Of a stretch of DNA of 55,502 nucleotides, positions 34,595 through 41,852 are shown piece by piece (within the stretch, counting starts at the first letter, position 1; each line of letters opens with the position of its first letter). This DNA is from an uncultured Desulfobacterales bacterium (GTDB lineage: Bacteria > Desulfobacterota > DSM-4660 > Desulfatiglandales > HGW-15). A program made the translations under genes and the position numbers. The DNA lies in NCBI GenBank assembly GCA_964413125.1, contig CAYPSZ010000374.1:1-55502 (forward strand), read 5' to 3'. A model generated the notes under the pieces. The model was not told the DNA's origin and did not search any database. It saw only the letters and a list, made by a program, of their open reading frames with translations.

Positions 34595-35491
34595 ATGAGG
34601 ATCTCAAACAAGACCGTGTACGATACCATCACCCAAAACCTGGCCGGTTCTTCGAGCGCCATGTTCCGGGCAAACCAAGTGGTCAGCACCGGAAGGAGGA
34701 TAAACAGGCTGTCCGATGATCCGGTGGGCCTGGTGAGCGTGTTAAGCCTGCGCTCCTCTCTTGAGTACATCGGCCAGCTCGAGCGCAACATAAACATGGG
34801 AAAGTCCTGGCTCAACATGGGCGAGACTGCCTTGACGCAGGTGGAGGACATCCTGAGCCAGGCCAAGGCCCTCACCATCCAGATGTCCAGCGCCAACGTA
34901 GGCGAGAATGAGAGATCCAACTCAGCCGGCGTTGCCGAGGGCTTTCTTCAGCAGGTCTTATCGCTTGCCAATACCATGGTCGACGGGCGGTACATATTCG
35001 CCGGCACCGACACTGATACGGCGCCGTTCGAACTGAACGAGGACGGATCCGGTGTCGCCTATAATGGCAACCATAATGAATTCGCAATTGAGATCGCCAA
35101 AGGCATAAGAGTGGACGTGAGCAGAAACGGTGAAGGTCTTTTCGGAGATGATGCTCCGGCAGGAAGTATCTTCGAGACCCTGATGGATCTCAAAGAAAGT
35201 CTACAAAACAACAACGTGGAAGGGATCCGAAAATCCATGGAGGAACTGGACGGCCACATGGACCACATTCGTGCAATGACGGCGGAAACAGGGTCCAAAC
35301 TAAACCGCCTGGACCTAAAGGCCGGCATTATTAAGGACTTGAGGCTCACCTACCTGGATAGAAAGTCACAAATCGAGGATGCAGACATAGCAGAGGCCAT
35401 TATGGACCTCAAGGCCAAAGAACTGGCATATCAGGCGGCCTTGAACAGTTCTGCCAAGGTGATACAAATGAGCCTTGTGGACTATGTTTAG
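34595..35491 (+). CDS. flgL: Hook-filament junction protein FlgL (HAP3)
   Basis: 298 aa with flagellin-like N- and C-terminal helices: MRISNKTVYDTITQNL and DIAEAIMDLKAKELAYQAALNSSAKVIQMSL. Confidence 0.93.
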   Translation: MRISNKTVYDTITQNLAGSSSAMFRANQVVSTGRRINRLSDDPVGLVSVLSLRSSLEYIGQLERNINMGKSWLNMGETALTQVEDILSQAKALTIQMSSANVGENERSNSAGVAEGFLQQVLSLANTMVDGRYIFAGTDTDTAPFELNEDGSGVAYNGNHNEFAIEIAKGIRVDVSRNGEGLFGDDAPAGSIFETLMDLKESLQNNNVEGIRKSMEELDGHMDHIRAMTAETGSKLNRLDLKAGIIKDLRLTYLDRKSQIEDADIAEAIMDLKAKELAYQAALNSSAKVIQMSLVDYV

Positions 35492-35696
35492 ATGTTTGGA
35501 TGTTGAGCTGTTGAGCTGTTGAGCGAAAAGGCTTATTTGTGCCAGGGACCATAGAGAACTTGTTTAACTAATCGGCTGTAAAGGGCCTGCTGTGTGACTG
35601 CACAGGGGTCTATTCAATAGCGCATGTCGAAGAGACAATGTTCGGTTCCCGGATCGACAAGCGCGCCGGCGCCACGGAGGGTACCAGTGCTCGTAT

Positions 35697-35932
35697 TAAC
35701 CAGGAAGGTGGATGAGAGCATCTCAATTGGAAACAGCGTAAGGGTGAAAGTCCTGGGCATCCGCGGCGGTCAGGTGCGTATAGGGATCGAGGCCCCGCGG
35801 GAACTGCCTGTAAACAGGACGGAAGTGGTGGAATCCATTGCCATGCAGAACAAGGAAGCATCCAGGGCGCCGCACGACCTGGACCAGATTAAGGACACCC
35901 TATTCGCCGGACTCCGGCCCGAGAAGACCTGA
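35697..35932 (+). CDS. csrA: Carbon storage regulator CsrA (translational regulator)
   Basis: GTG start after a GGAGG SD. The sequence LVLTRKVDESISIGNSVRVKVLGIRGGQVRIGIEAPRELPVNRTEV is unmistakably CsrA. The longest ORF begins at 35624. Confidence 0.93.
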
Positions 35933-35937
35933 CTGCC

Positions 35938-36369
35938 ATGATACAAATACCCACAACACGCTTCGGCCATATAGAACTGGAAGAGAACCGAGTCATCCTG
36001 TTTCCCGAAGGAATGATCGGTTTCCCTCATTTGAAAAGCTACGTCCTTCTCGAACACAAACCGGGTTCTCCTTTCATGTGGCTGCAGTCCACAGAGACCC
36101 CGGATCTCGCATTCGTGCTCATTAGCCCCCACTTGATCCGAAGCGATTATCCCCGAAATGTGCCTCTTGAGGACGGAGCCCTCGCTGCCGGAGAAAAGGA
36201 CTCGGATCAGCTCGTGTTCGCCGTGGTAACCATCCCTCCCGGAGAACCACATAGGATGACCGCCAACCTCCTTGGTCCTGTGGTTATAGACGCGGCAACA
36301 AGGACGGGGAAACAGGTCATTCTTGCCGATTCCGAATACGGTACCCGCCACATGATTGTTCAGGAGTAA
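35938..36369 (+). CDS. fliW: Flagellar assembly factor FliW (CsrA antagonist)
   Basis: 143 aa with ILFPEGMIGFPHLKSYVLLEHKPGSPFMWLQSTETPDLAFVLISP. Confidence 0.93.
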   Translation: MIQIPTTRFGHIELEENRVILFPEGMIGFPHLKSYVLLEHKPGSPFMWLQSTETPDLAFVLISPHLIRSDYPRNVPLEDGALAAGEKDSDQLVFAVVTIPPGEPHRMTANLLGPVVIDAATRTGKQVILADSEYGTRHMIVQE

Positions 36370-36580
36370 TTTCTACTCATAAACTCTTCGCTCTTTCCTT
36401 GAGGGTCTTAACCCGGCCTGCCGGCAAGAATAGCCAAGGGATTGACGATCCCCAATAAAATTAGTTGATTTTTTTCAGATTAATGTTAAAGTTTTGGCAT
36501 CCGATCCATCAAGACGGAATTTTGGCGACCACGAGTCCGCCCCCGGCCTAAACGGGCAGGATCAGCTCCGGAGTGACACC

Positions 36581-37972
36581 ATGACAGAATACAAAATCCT
36601 GGCGGTGGATGATGACCCCAAGATCCTCCAAGGACTACAAGAGGTTCTTAACCGAGAAGGCTATGTAGTCGATATTGCTAAAAACGGCCAGATAGCCACT
36701 GACATGCTTGACCGGGATTATTATGATCTGGCGCTTATAGATTTGAATATGCCCAAGATAGACGGCATGACCCTCCTCAAGACAGTGGTGGAATTCCACC
36801 CTGAAACAGTCGGCATCATTTTGACGGGGCACGGCACCATACGTAACGCAGTGGAAGCAATGCAGTTGGGCGCGGCCGACTACCTGGCCAAACCCGTGAA
36901 AATGGAAGAGCTGCTCCTGGTGGTGCAAAGGGCCCTTGAATTCCGTGACCTTAAACGGGAGAACCTGGCTCTTAAGAAACAGCTCAGAAAAAAGTATAAA
37001 TTTGATAATTTCATAGGCGACAGCCTTCCCATGAACAAGGTATTCCGCATTATTGAAAAGGTGGCGGACTCCAACAGCACAGTGCTGATCCTGGGTGAAT
37101 CCGGAACCGGCAAGGAACTGGTTGCCAAGGCTATTCACTACCACAGCAGCCGCAAGGACAAACCCCTGATTCCTGTGAACTGCGGCGCCATACCCGAAGA
37201 ACTCCTGGAAAGCGAACTTTTCGGCCACGAAAAAGGGGCCTTTACCAACGCCATCCGGACCCGAATAGGCCGATTTGAAATGGCCAACGGAGGTACCATT
37301 TTTCTTGATGAAGTGGCTGAAATGAGCCCTCACCTGCAGGTAAAACTGCTTCGCATACTTCAGGAGCAGGAGTTCGAACGACTCGGAGGAACCAAAACCA
37401 TCCGGTGCGACGTCCGGATACTGGCGGCCACCAACAAAGACCTTGACAGGCTCGTGGAAGAAGGCAAATTCAGGGAGGACCTCTACTACCGGCTCAAGGT
37501 CATCCCGGTCTCGCTGCCGCCCCTGAGAGATCGAAAATCGGATATCCCCTTACTCGTCCACCATTTCCTGGAAAATATCTCCAAAAACAAGCGCAAGAAG
37601 CAGATGAGCATCACCAAGGATGCCCTAAAGGCGCTTATCAGCTATGATTGGCCTGGTAACGTCAGGGAGATGGAAAACATTATTGAACGAATGGTTATTC
37701 TTTCGGAAGGAGAAAACATCACGGGTGAAGACCTTCCGGAAAAAATCGCCAAAAAGCATGCCCTCGAGACGGACGAAAACGGCTTTATCCCCGAAGAGGG
37801 GCTGTCTCTCAGTAATGCCGTGAGCGATTATGAGCGCCAGCTCATCATTCATGCCCTTGAGAAGGCGGACTGGGTGAAAAACCGTGCCGCAAAACTCCTT
37901 AAGATGAACCGGACCACACTGGTGGAGAAAATAAAGAAGCAGGGGATTGAAAAGGACCGCATGACCGGCTGA
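36581..37972 (+). CDS. sigma54-dependent response regulator (NtrC/FlrC/FleR/FgrM-like enhancer-binding protein)
   Basis: Receiver domain (ILAVDDD...DLALIDLNMPKIDG), AAA+ domain with GESGTGKELVAKAIH and EKGAFTNA, and a C-terminal Fis-type HTH (NRAAKLLKMNRTTL). ATG at 36581. Confidence 0.93.
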   Translation: MTEYKILAVDDDPKILQGLQEVLNREGYVVDIAKNGQIATDMLDRDYYDLALIDLNMPKIDGMTLLKTVVEFHPETVGIILTGHGTIRNAVEAMQLGAADYLAKPVKMEELLLVVQRALEFRDLKRENLALKKQLRKKYKFDNFIGDSLPMNKVFRIIEKVADSNSTVLILGESGTGKELVAKAIHYHSSRKDKPLIPVNCGAIPEELLESELFGHEKGAFTNAIRTRIGRFEMANGGTIFLDEVAEMSPHLQVKLLRILQEQEFERLGGTKTIRCDVRILAATNKDLDRLVEEGKFREDLYYRLKVIPVSLPPLRDRKSDIPLLVHHFLENISKNKRKKQMSITKDALKALISYDWPGNVREMENIIERMVILSEGENITGEDLPEKIAKKHALETDENGFIPEEGLSLSNAVSDYERQLIIHALEKADWVKNRAAKLLKMNRTTLVEKIKKQGIEKDRMTG

Positions 37973-38001
37973 TGGCTGCCCGCGCTTCCGGCTGCCAAGG
38001 C

Positions 38002-38829
38002 TCACTTCTTGTACACACTGGGTCTGACATACCGGAATCGGTGATGTACTCCGGTCAGGCTCTCTGAATGGCCTATGAAGAGATACCCCGGGCTCCGGAT
38101 AACTTCGAAAAACCGGTTAATCAACTTTTCCTGGGTCTCCTTATCGAAATAAATCATGACATTTCTGCAGAAAACGACGTCGAATGACTCCGGAAACGAA
38201 AAAGGTTCAATAAAATTAAGCCTCTGAAAGCGAATCAGGCCTCTCACCCCGGGCTTCACCCGGTAATAGCCGGCCCAACTGTTTACGCCTTTTTGAAAGT
38301 ACCGGCGTCTTAAGTCATAAGGAATCTTCTCCACCCTCTGAGCCTCATAAACCCCCCTGTCAGCAAGGTGGAGCATACGCGTGGATAGATCCGTGCCCAG
38401 AATACGCAGGTCTTTGTGTCGGTTTTCCGGCAGGGCGTCAAGCATGGTGAAGGCTATGGAATAGGCCTCTTCGCCGCTTGAGCATCCCGCGCACCATATC
38501 CGGATTTCTTTTTTCCCCCCCGGCCCGACCTCCTGGAAAAGCTCGGAGCACACTGTGTCCGCAAGAAACTCGAAATGCTTGGGTTCACGAAGAAACGCCG
38601 TGAGATTCGTCGATATGACATCCAGCAGGGGAATGAAAGCATCACCGCTTTCATCCTTCACAAGGTAGTCGTAATACTCAGCCACGCAAGTGAACTTGAA
38701 CTGTCGCAACACCTTGGCCAACCGCGCCTTGAGAAGTTCACGTTTACCCTGATGAAGGTTGATGCCGGACTTCTCATAGATAAGATCGCTGAAATTCCGG
38801 TAATCCCTGTCCGTCAATTCCACTTGCAC
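38002..38829 (-). CDS. cheR: Chemotaxis protein-glutamate O-methyltransferase CheR
   Basis: 275 aa with a GTG start. Motifs present are FLREPKHFEFL, IRIWCAGCSSGEEAYSIAF and DVVFCRNVMIYFDKETQ. Confidence 0.93.
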   Translation of the reverse strand: MQVELTDRDYRNFSDLIYEKSGINLHQGKRELLKARLAKVLRQFKFTCVAEYYDYLVKDESGDAFIPLLDVISTNLTAFLREPKHFEFLADTVCSELFQEVGPGGKKEIRIWCAGCSSGEEAYSIAFTMLDALPENRHKDLRILGTDLSTRMLHLADRGVYEAQRVEKIPYDLRRRYFQKGVNSWAGYYRVKPGVRGLIRFQRLNFIEPFSFPESFDVVFCRNVMIYFDKETQEKLINRFFEVIRSPGYLFIGHSESLTGVHHRFRYVRPSVYKK

Positions 38830-38937
38830 CGATGATACGACCTCCTCCGTTTCTCCGTCCCGAAAATTCGTCTCGGCACCTACATGCAGGAACGATCAAC
38901 CCCGGATCGGGTGTTCCTTCATCCCTGAGAGGTTATA

Positions 38938-38953
38938 AGCAAGAATGGTGCCG
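38938..38953 (-). promoter_or_regulatory. sigma54 promoter candidate for cheR (minus strand)
   Basis: The minus strand reads CGGCAC-CATTC-TTGCT. GG-N10-GC spacing is correct, but the first T of the consensus is C. It lies about 110 nt upstream of the cheR GTG. Confidence 0.4.
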
Positions 38954-39038
38954 TAAGGACCCTTTTGCGAAAAGGCTCATCATGTTTATCTCTCGGAACC
39001 ATTCCGGAGGTTTTTTTGGATGTGGCAACAAAAAACCC

Positions 39039-39065
39039 TTAAGTATTCCGCGTGTCGGCCGATAT
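39039..39065 (+). promoter_or_regulatory. sigma28 (FliA) promoter driving the small ORF and flgM
   Basis: Reads TTAAGTAT-N11-GCCGATAT against consensus TAAAGTTT-N11-GCCGATAA. The -10 matches 7 of 8 and the spacing is exact. It lies 22 nt upstream of the TTG start at 39087. Confidence 0.75.
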
Positions 39066-39086
39066 CTGAGAGTGAGGAGGAGGACA

Positions 39087-39350
39087 TTGGTTACCACGCA
39101 TCAGATACGTAACGTCCTGCGCGTCTACGGCGACCAGTTGAAGAGGAGAAATAACCTCGTTCAGCAAAACCTTGAGCCCAACCGCCAATATGCCGACCGT
39201 GTGGACATCTCTTCGGAGGCCAGGCGGCGCCAGGCCCTCAACAGGATGTCCCAACAGGTCATATCCCGTATCCCCCTGCAGGTTAACTCGGGGAAATACG
39301 CTGTGGCCGAAAACGAAGGATCATTGGCCGGGCACGATGAAGCCGAATAG
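39087..39350 (+). CDS. Small hypothetical protein upstream of flgM (87 aa)
   Basis: TTG start 4 nt after the GAGGAGGAGGA SD and just downstream of the sigma28 promoter. The protein starts VTTHQIRNVLRVYGDQLKR and contains DRVDISSEARRRQAL. The annotated 172-aa ORF (38832) would span the promoter. Confidence 0.45.
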   Translation: MVTTHQIRNVLRVYGDQLKRRNNLVQQNLEPNRQYADRVDISSEARRRQALNRMSQQVISRIPLQVNSGKYAVAENEGSLAGHDEAE

Positions 39351-39380
39351 GCGAAACGCAGGCATTTTAAAGGAGCGGAC

Positions 39381-39695
39381 ATGAAAATTGATGAAACATA
39401 TCAAAACATCCATTTGCTGGACACGGCCAGGGAGACAGAGGCTTCCAGGGGACATGAAAAAGGATCACCCAAGGAGGCCAAGCCGGAACATGTCAAGAAC
39501 GGCGAGACTGAAGTTGAGCTGTCGATCACATCCCGTGAAGTTATGAAGGCGCGGGAAGCCATTGATAAGTCTGACCCGGCAAGGGCTGCAAGAGTGGAGG
39601 AGCTTAGACTCAAGGTAGCCGAAGGGACTTACGAAGCTGATCCCGGGGAGTTGGCAGGCAAAATGCTGGAAGCGGCCCTATTGGAACTCCTTTAG
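39381..39695 (+). CDS. flgM: Anti-sigma28 factor FlgM
   Basis: 104 aa. The C-terminal AARVEELRLKVAEGTYEADPGELAGKML matches the FlgM sigma28-binding helix pattern. Confidence 0.85.
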   Translation: MKIDETYQNIHLLDTARETEASRGHEKGSPKEAKPEHVKNGETEVELSITSREVMKAREAIDKSDPARAARVEELRLKVAEGTYEADPGELAGKMLEAALLELL

Positions 39696-39766
39696 CCCGA
39701 TCGAGCCAACCCATCCTAAAAATTCTAACGGTGAGAGACAACCGTCAAAAAAACAATCACTTCCGA

Positions 39767-39795
39767 CTTGACCTGCCGTATATGTATGGATATAT
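39767..39795 (+). promoter_or_regulatory. Strong sigma70-type promoter with no convincing downstream ORF
   Basis: Reads TTGACC-N17-TATATT with exact spacing. It faces about 290 nt of sequence lacking a well-initiated ORF, then the 3' end of the convergent PilZ gene. Confidence 0.55.
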
Positions 39796-40085
39796 TCCTA
39801 TAAAAGGAGGTATTAACCCCTTCTCTCAGGGATATTTCCATGAAAATGGGCCCTACAACAGCCCTTCTTCCGGTCGCTCGCGCGCGCTTGCCTGTACCGG
39901 GTACCGGCAGGAACAATGGAAGCCCCGTCCCGGCGGATATGCATAAATTATTCAGGGATGTGGTGTTTCTGGGCTATGGACCGCCCTCCGGACAAAACCT
40001 TTATGACGACGCGGGCAGGCATGTGGCCTCCAGGGGGTTGCAGGGGTCAATGGTGGATTTGTACGTGTGAGAGGTCCGTCGATCT

Positions 40086-40811
40086 CTATGTTCCCACAAG
40101 TAGGCTCCTCTTCCTTAGGAACGCCCTTTGGCTGTGGTAGATGAAGCGTTCGAGCAGCGCCTCATCGGTCCTATCCATGCGAAAAAACTGAACGGCGGAA
40201 TTGATCCTGCTGTGTTCCGGAATCTTCTCCACTCGAACAACTTCAGCCCTCTTGATCCTCACCTCGACCTTCTCTTCCTCCATTGCGCCCATAAGGAGCA
40301 GGTCATAAAGGCTCATACCCGCTTGCAAGGGAACAGCCCTCGTATCCAATTTATCGGGACTGTTTACAAATGCTCCGCCCATGCTGATGTTCAGGACCGG
40401 CGCTTCCATATTAAAACCCTGGAAGGAAAAAGAGAGCCGCGTCCCGGCAGGGGGCTCCACGCGAAAGTATCTCCTGCGCTGAATTCTGTTTATGTGGGGG
40501 GGAAATACCAGCCATAGATCGTCACCATCAAGGTGATCAATCTGGGTTCGGCAGGAGTGTGGAATGCGATCCTTGTCCGTGAATTCCAGCTGGACCCGCT
40601 CCCCGGCCCAATCAGGCACATCATTCTCGAAGTGGTTCGGAAGGTCAATGAGAATGAACATTCGCCCATCCCGCGACTCGACGCCGGTGACAATCGTCAA
40701 CCTCTCGTATCCCCTTCCCAGTACGTGAAACCTCATGGGAGATCTCCGCCTGCGCAGATCCTCGAAGACCGAAACGGTCTTGTGCCCTTGAATTCGGTTT
40801 ACAAATTCCAT
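40086..40811 (-). CDS. YcgR-like c-di-GMP receptor (PilZN-like N-terminal domain plus PilZ domain)
   Basis: PilZ signatures RIQRRRYFRV (RxxxR) and LNISMGGAF (D/NxSxxG) are present. ATG at 40811. An in-frame TTG at 40826 is the longest-ORF start. Confidence 0.85.
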   Translation of the reverse strand: MEFVNRIQGHKTVSVFEDLRRRRSPMRFHVLGRGYERLTIVTGVESRDGRMFILIDLPNHFENDVPDWAGERVQLEFTDKDRIPHSCRTQIDHLDGDDLWLVFPPHINRIQRRRYFRVEPPAGTRLSFSFQGFNMEAPVLNISMGGAFVNSPDKLDTRAVPLQAGMSLYDLLLMGAMEEEKVEVRIKRAEVVRVEKIPEHSRINSAVQFFRMDRTDEALLERFIYHSQRAFLRKRSLLVGT

Positions 40812-40870
40812 AAGCTCTTCCCGCAAAACAGCACCAGAAGCCCTCCCCTTGCCGCTCCCGGTTCATTTTT

Positions 40871-40886
40871 TGCAAATCGCATGCCA
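40871..40886 (-). promoter_or_regulatory. sigma54 promoter for the PilZ gene (minus strand)
   Basis: The minus strand reads TGGCAT-GCGAT-TTGCA with perfect GG-N10-GC spacing. It lies 45-60 nt upstream of the PilZ start, in the 93-nt gap after the DUF368 gene. Confidence 0.65.
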
Positions 40887-40919
40887 GAGTGAGAACCAAC
40901 CGCAACATATAACGTCGGT

Positions 40920-41852
40920 TCACAAGGACCCGGCCCTTCTGCCGACGAACAAGACAGCCAGGAAACCGGCAAGGGCCAGGGCCAGGGCCAGGATAACCTC
41001 GGGGGACCACTGGGACGGCAGGACATTGATTGGTACCCCTGACAAGGATCCCGGGCCCTCGACGGCTCCGGGTTCAGACACAAGCTTCCAGGGCCAGATC
41101 CTCCTCAGGGACCCCAGCATGAGTCCCGTGAGGACCGCCATGGTGAGGTCGTGAAACCTTTGAAAGAGCCAGTTCAGCAGCCTTGCAAAGGTCAGCAGGC
41201 CAACCACGGCGCCTCCCGCCACCAAGGAAAGGGTAAAAAAGTCGCGATTGTTCACCGCATCCAGGACATACAGGTACTTCCCCAGAAGAACCAGGATAAA
41301 CGCGCCGGATATGCCGGGAAGTATCATGGCGCATATGGCCAATGCACCGCTCACAAACAGGAACCACGGTGATACGGGAGTGTCCATGGGGACAATACCT
41401 ACCAGCATGTATGTGCCGGCGGCGCCGAACAGGATTCCTGCAGGAATAGCGGGGCTCCAATTTCCGATTCGACCTCCCACAGTGATAAGAGAACCTGCTA
41501 TCAGGCCGAAAAAAAAAGACCATACAGCCACAGGGTGGTTATGCAGCAACCAGCTCAGCAATCGGGCCAGAGAAAAGACCGCGAACAGGATGCCTGTCCC
41601 GACGGTCATCAGGAACTTCCAGTGGACGACTTCCAAGGCATCTCTGAACCGCACCGAGACCATAAGCCTTAGAAACCGCATATCAAAGGAGCGGATGGCG
41701 GTAATCAACTCCTGGTATATACCCAGGATAAAGGCAATGGTTCCTCCGGAGACGCCGGGAACCACATCCGCGGCGCCCATACAGACCCCTTTGAGCCAGA
41801 GACCCAGGTATCCCATCCCCGACCGATCGAGGCCTTTACCGGTCAGCCTCAT
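40920..41852 (-). CDS. DUF368-family membrane protein (PopT-like polyprenyl-phosphate translocase family)
   Basis: 310 aa, polytopic, with the signature MGAADVVPGVSGGTIAFILGIYQELI. The start ATG overlaps the upstream gene's stop (ATGA). Confidence 0.85.
   Translation of the reverse strand: MRLTGKGLDRSGMGYLGLWLKGVCMGAADVVPGVSGGTIAFILGIYQELITAIRSFDMRFLRLMVSVRFRDALEVVHWKFLMTVGTGILFAVFSLARLLSWLLHNHPVAVWSFFFGLIAGSLITVGGRIGNWSPAIPAGILFGAAGTYMLVGIVPMDTPVSPWFLFVSGALAICAMILPGISGAFILVLLGKYLYVLDAVNNRDFFTLSLVAGGAVVGLLTFARLLNWLFQRFHDLTMAVLTGLMLGSLRRIWPWKLVSEPGAVEGPGSLSGVPINVLPSQWSPEVILALALALAGFLAVLFVGRRAGSL

Noticed and set aside
35501-35524. TGTTGAGC repeated three times in tandem just after flgL.
   Set aside because: It is very short with no associated structure or ORF. 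It is probably slippage noise, so it is noted only.
36466-36493. TTGATT-N16-TAAAGT sigma70-like promoter upstream of the sigma54 regulator. A similar TTGACC-N16-TAGGAT lies at 49553-49580 upstream of icd.
   Set aside because: Both are plausible but have imperfect -10 elements and 16-nt spacers. Support is insufficient to list them as features.
38832-39086. N-terminal 85 codons of the 172-aa ORF upstream of flgM.
   Set aside because: This part spans the divergent promoter region, including the sigma28 promoter itself, and has no SD. The strong SD plus TTG at 39087 is a far better start.
39855-39960. Possible SRP RNA or c-di-GMP riboswitch similarity. The minus strand reads GACCGGAAGAAGGGCUG, and the + strand has CCUCCGGAC.
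   Set aside because: The conserved SRP domain IV (GGAA tetraloop with flanking AGCA and GGAAGCAGCC) and the GEMM core could not be aligned. The resemblance is a few nucleotides only.
39840-40070. A 76-aa ORF (MKMGPTTALLPVARARLPVPGTG...) downstream of the orphan promoter.
   Set aside because: It has a weak SD, Pro/Gly/Arg-rich composition and no recognisable motif. It is kept only as an alternative explanation within the sRNA finding.
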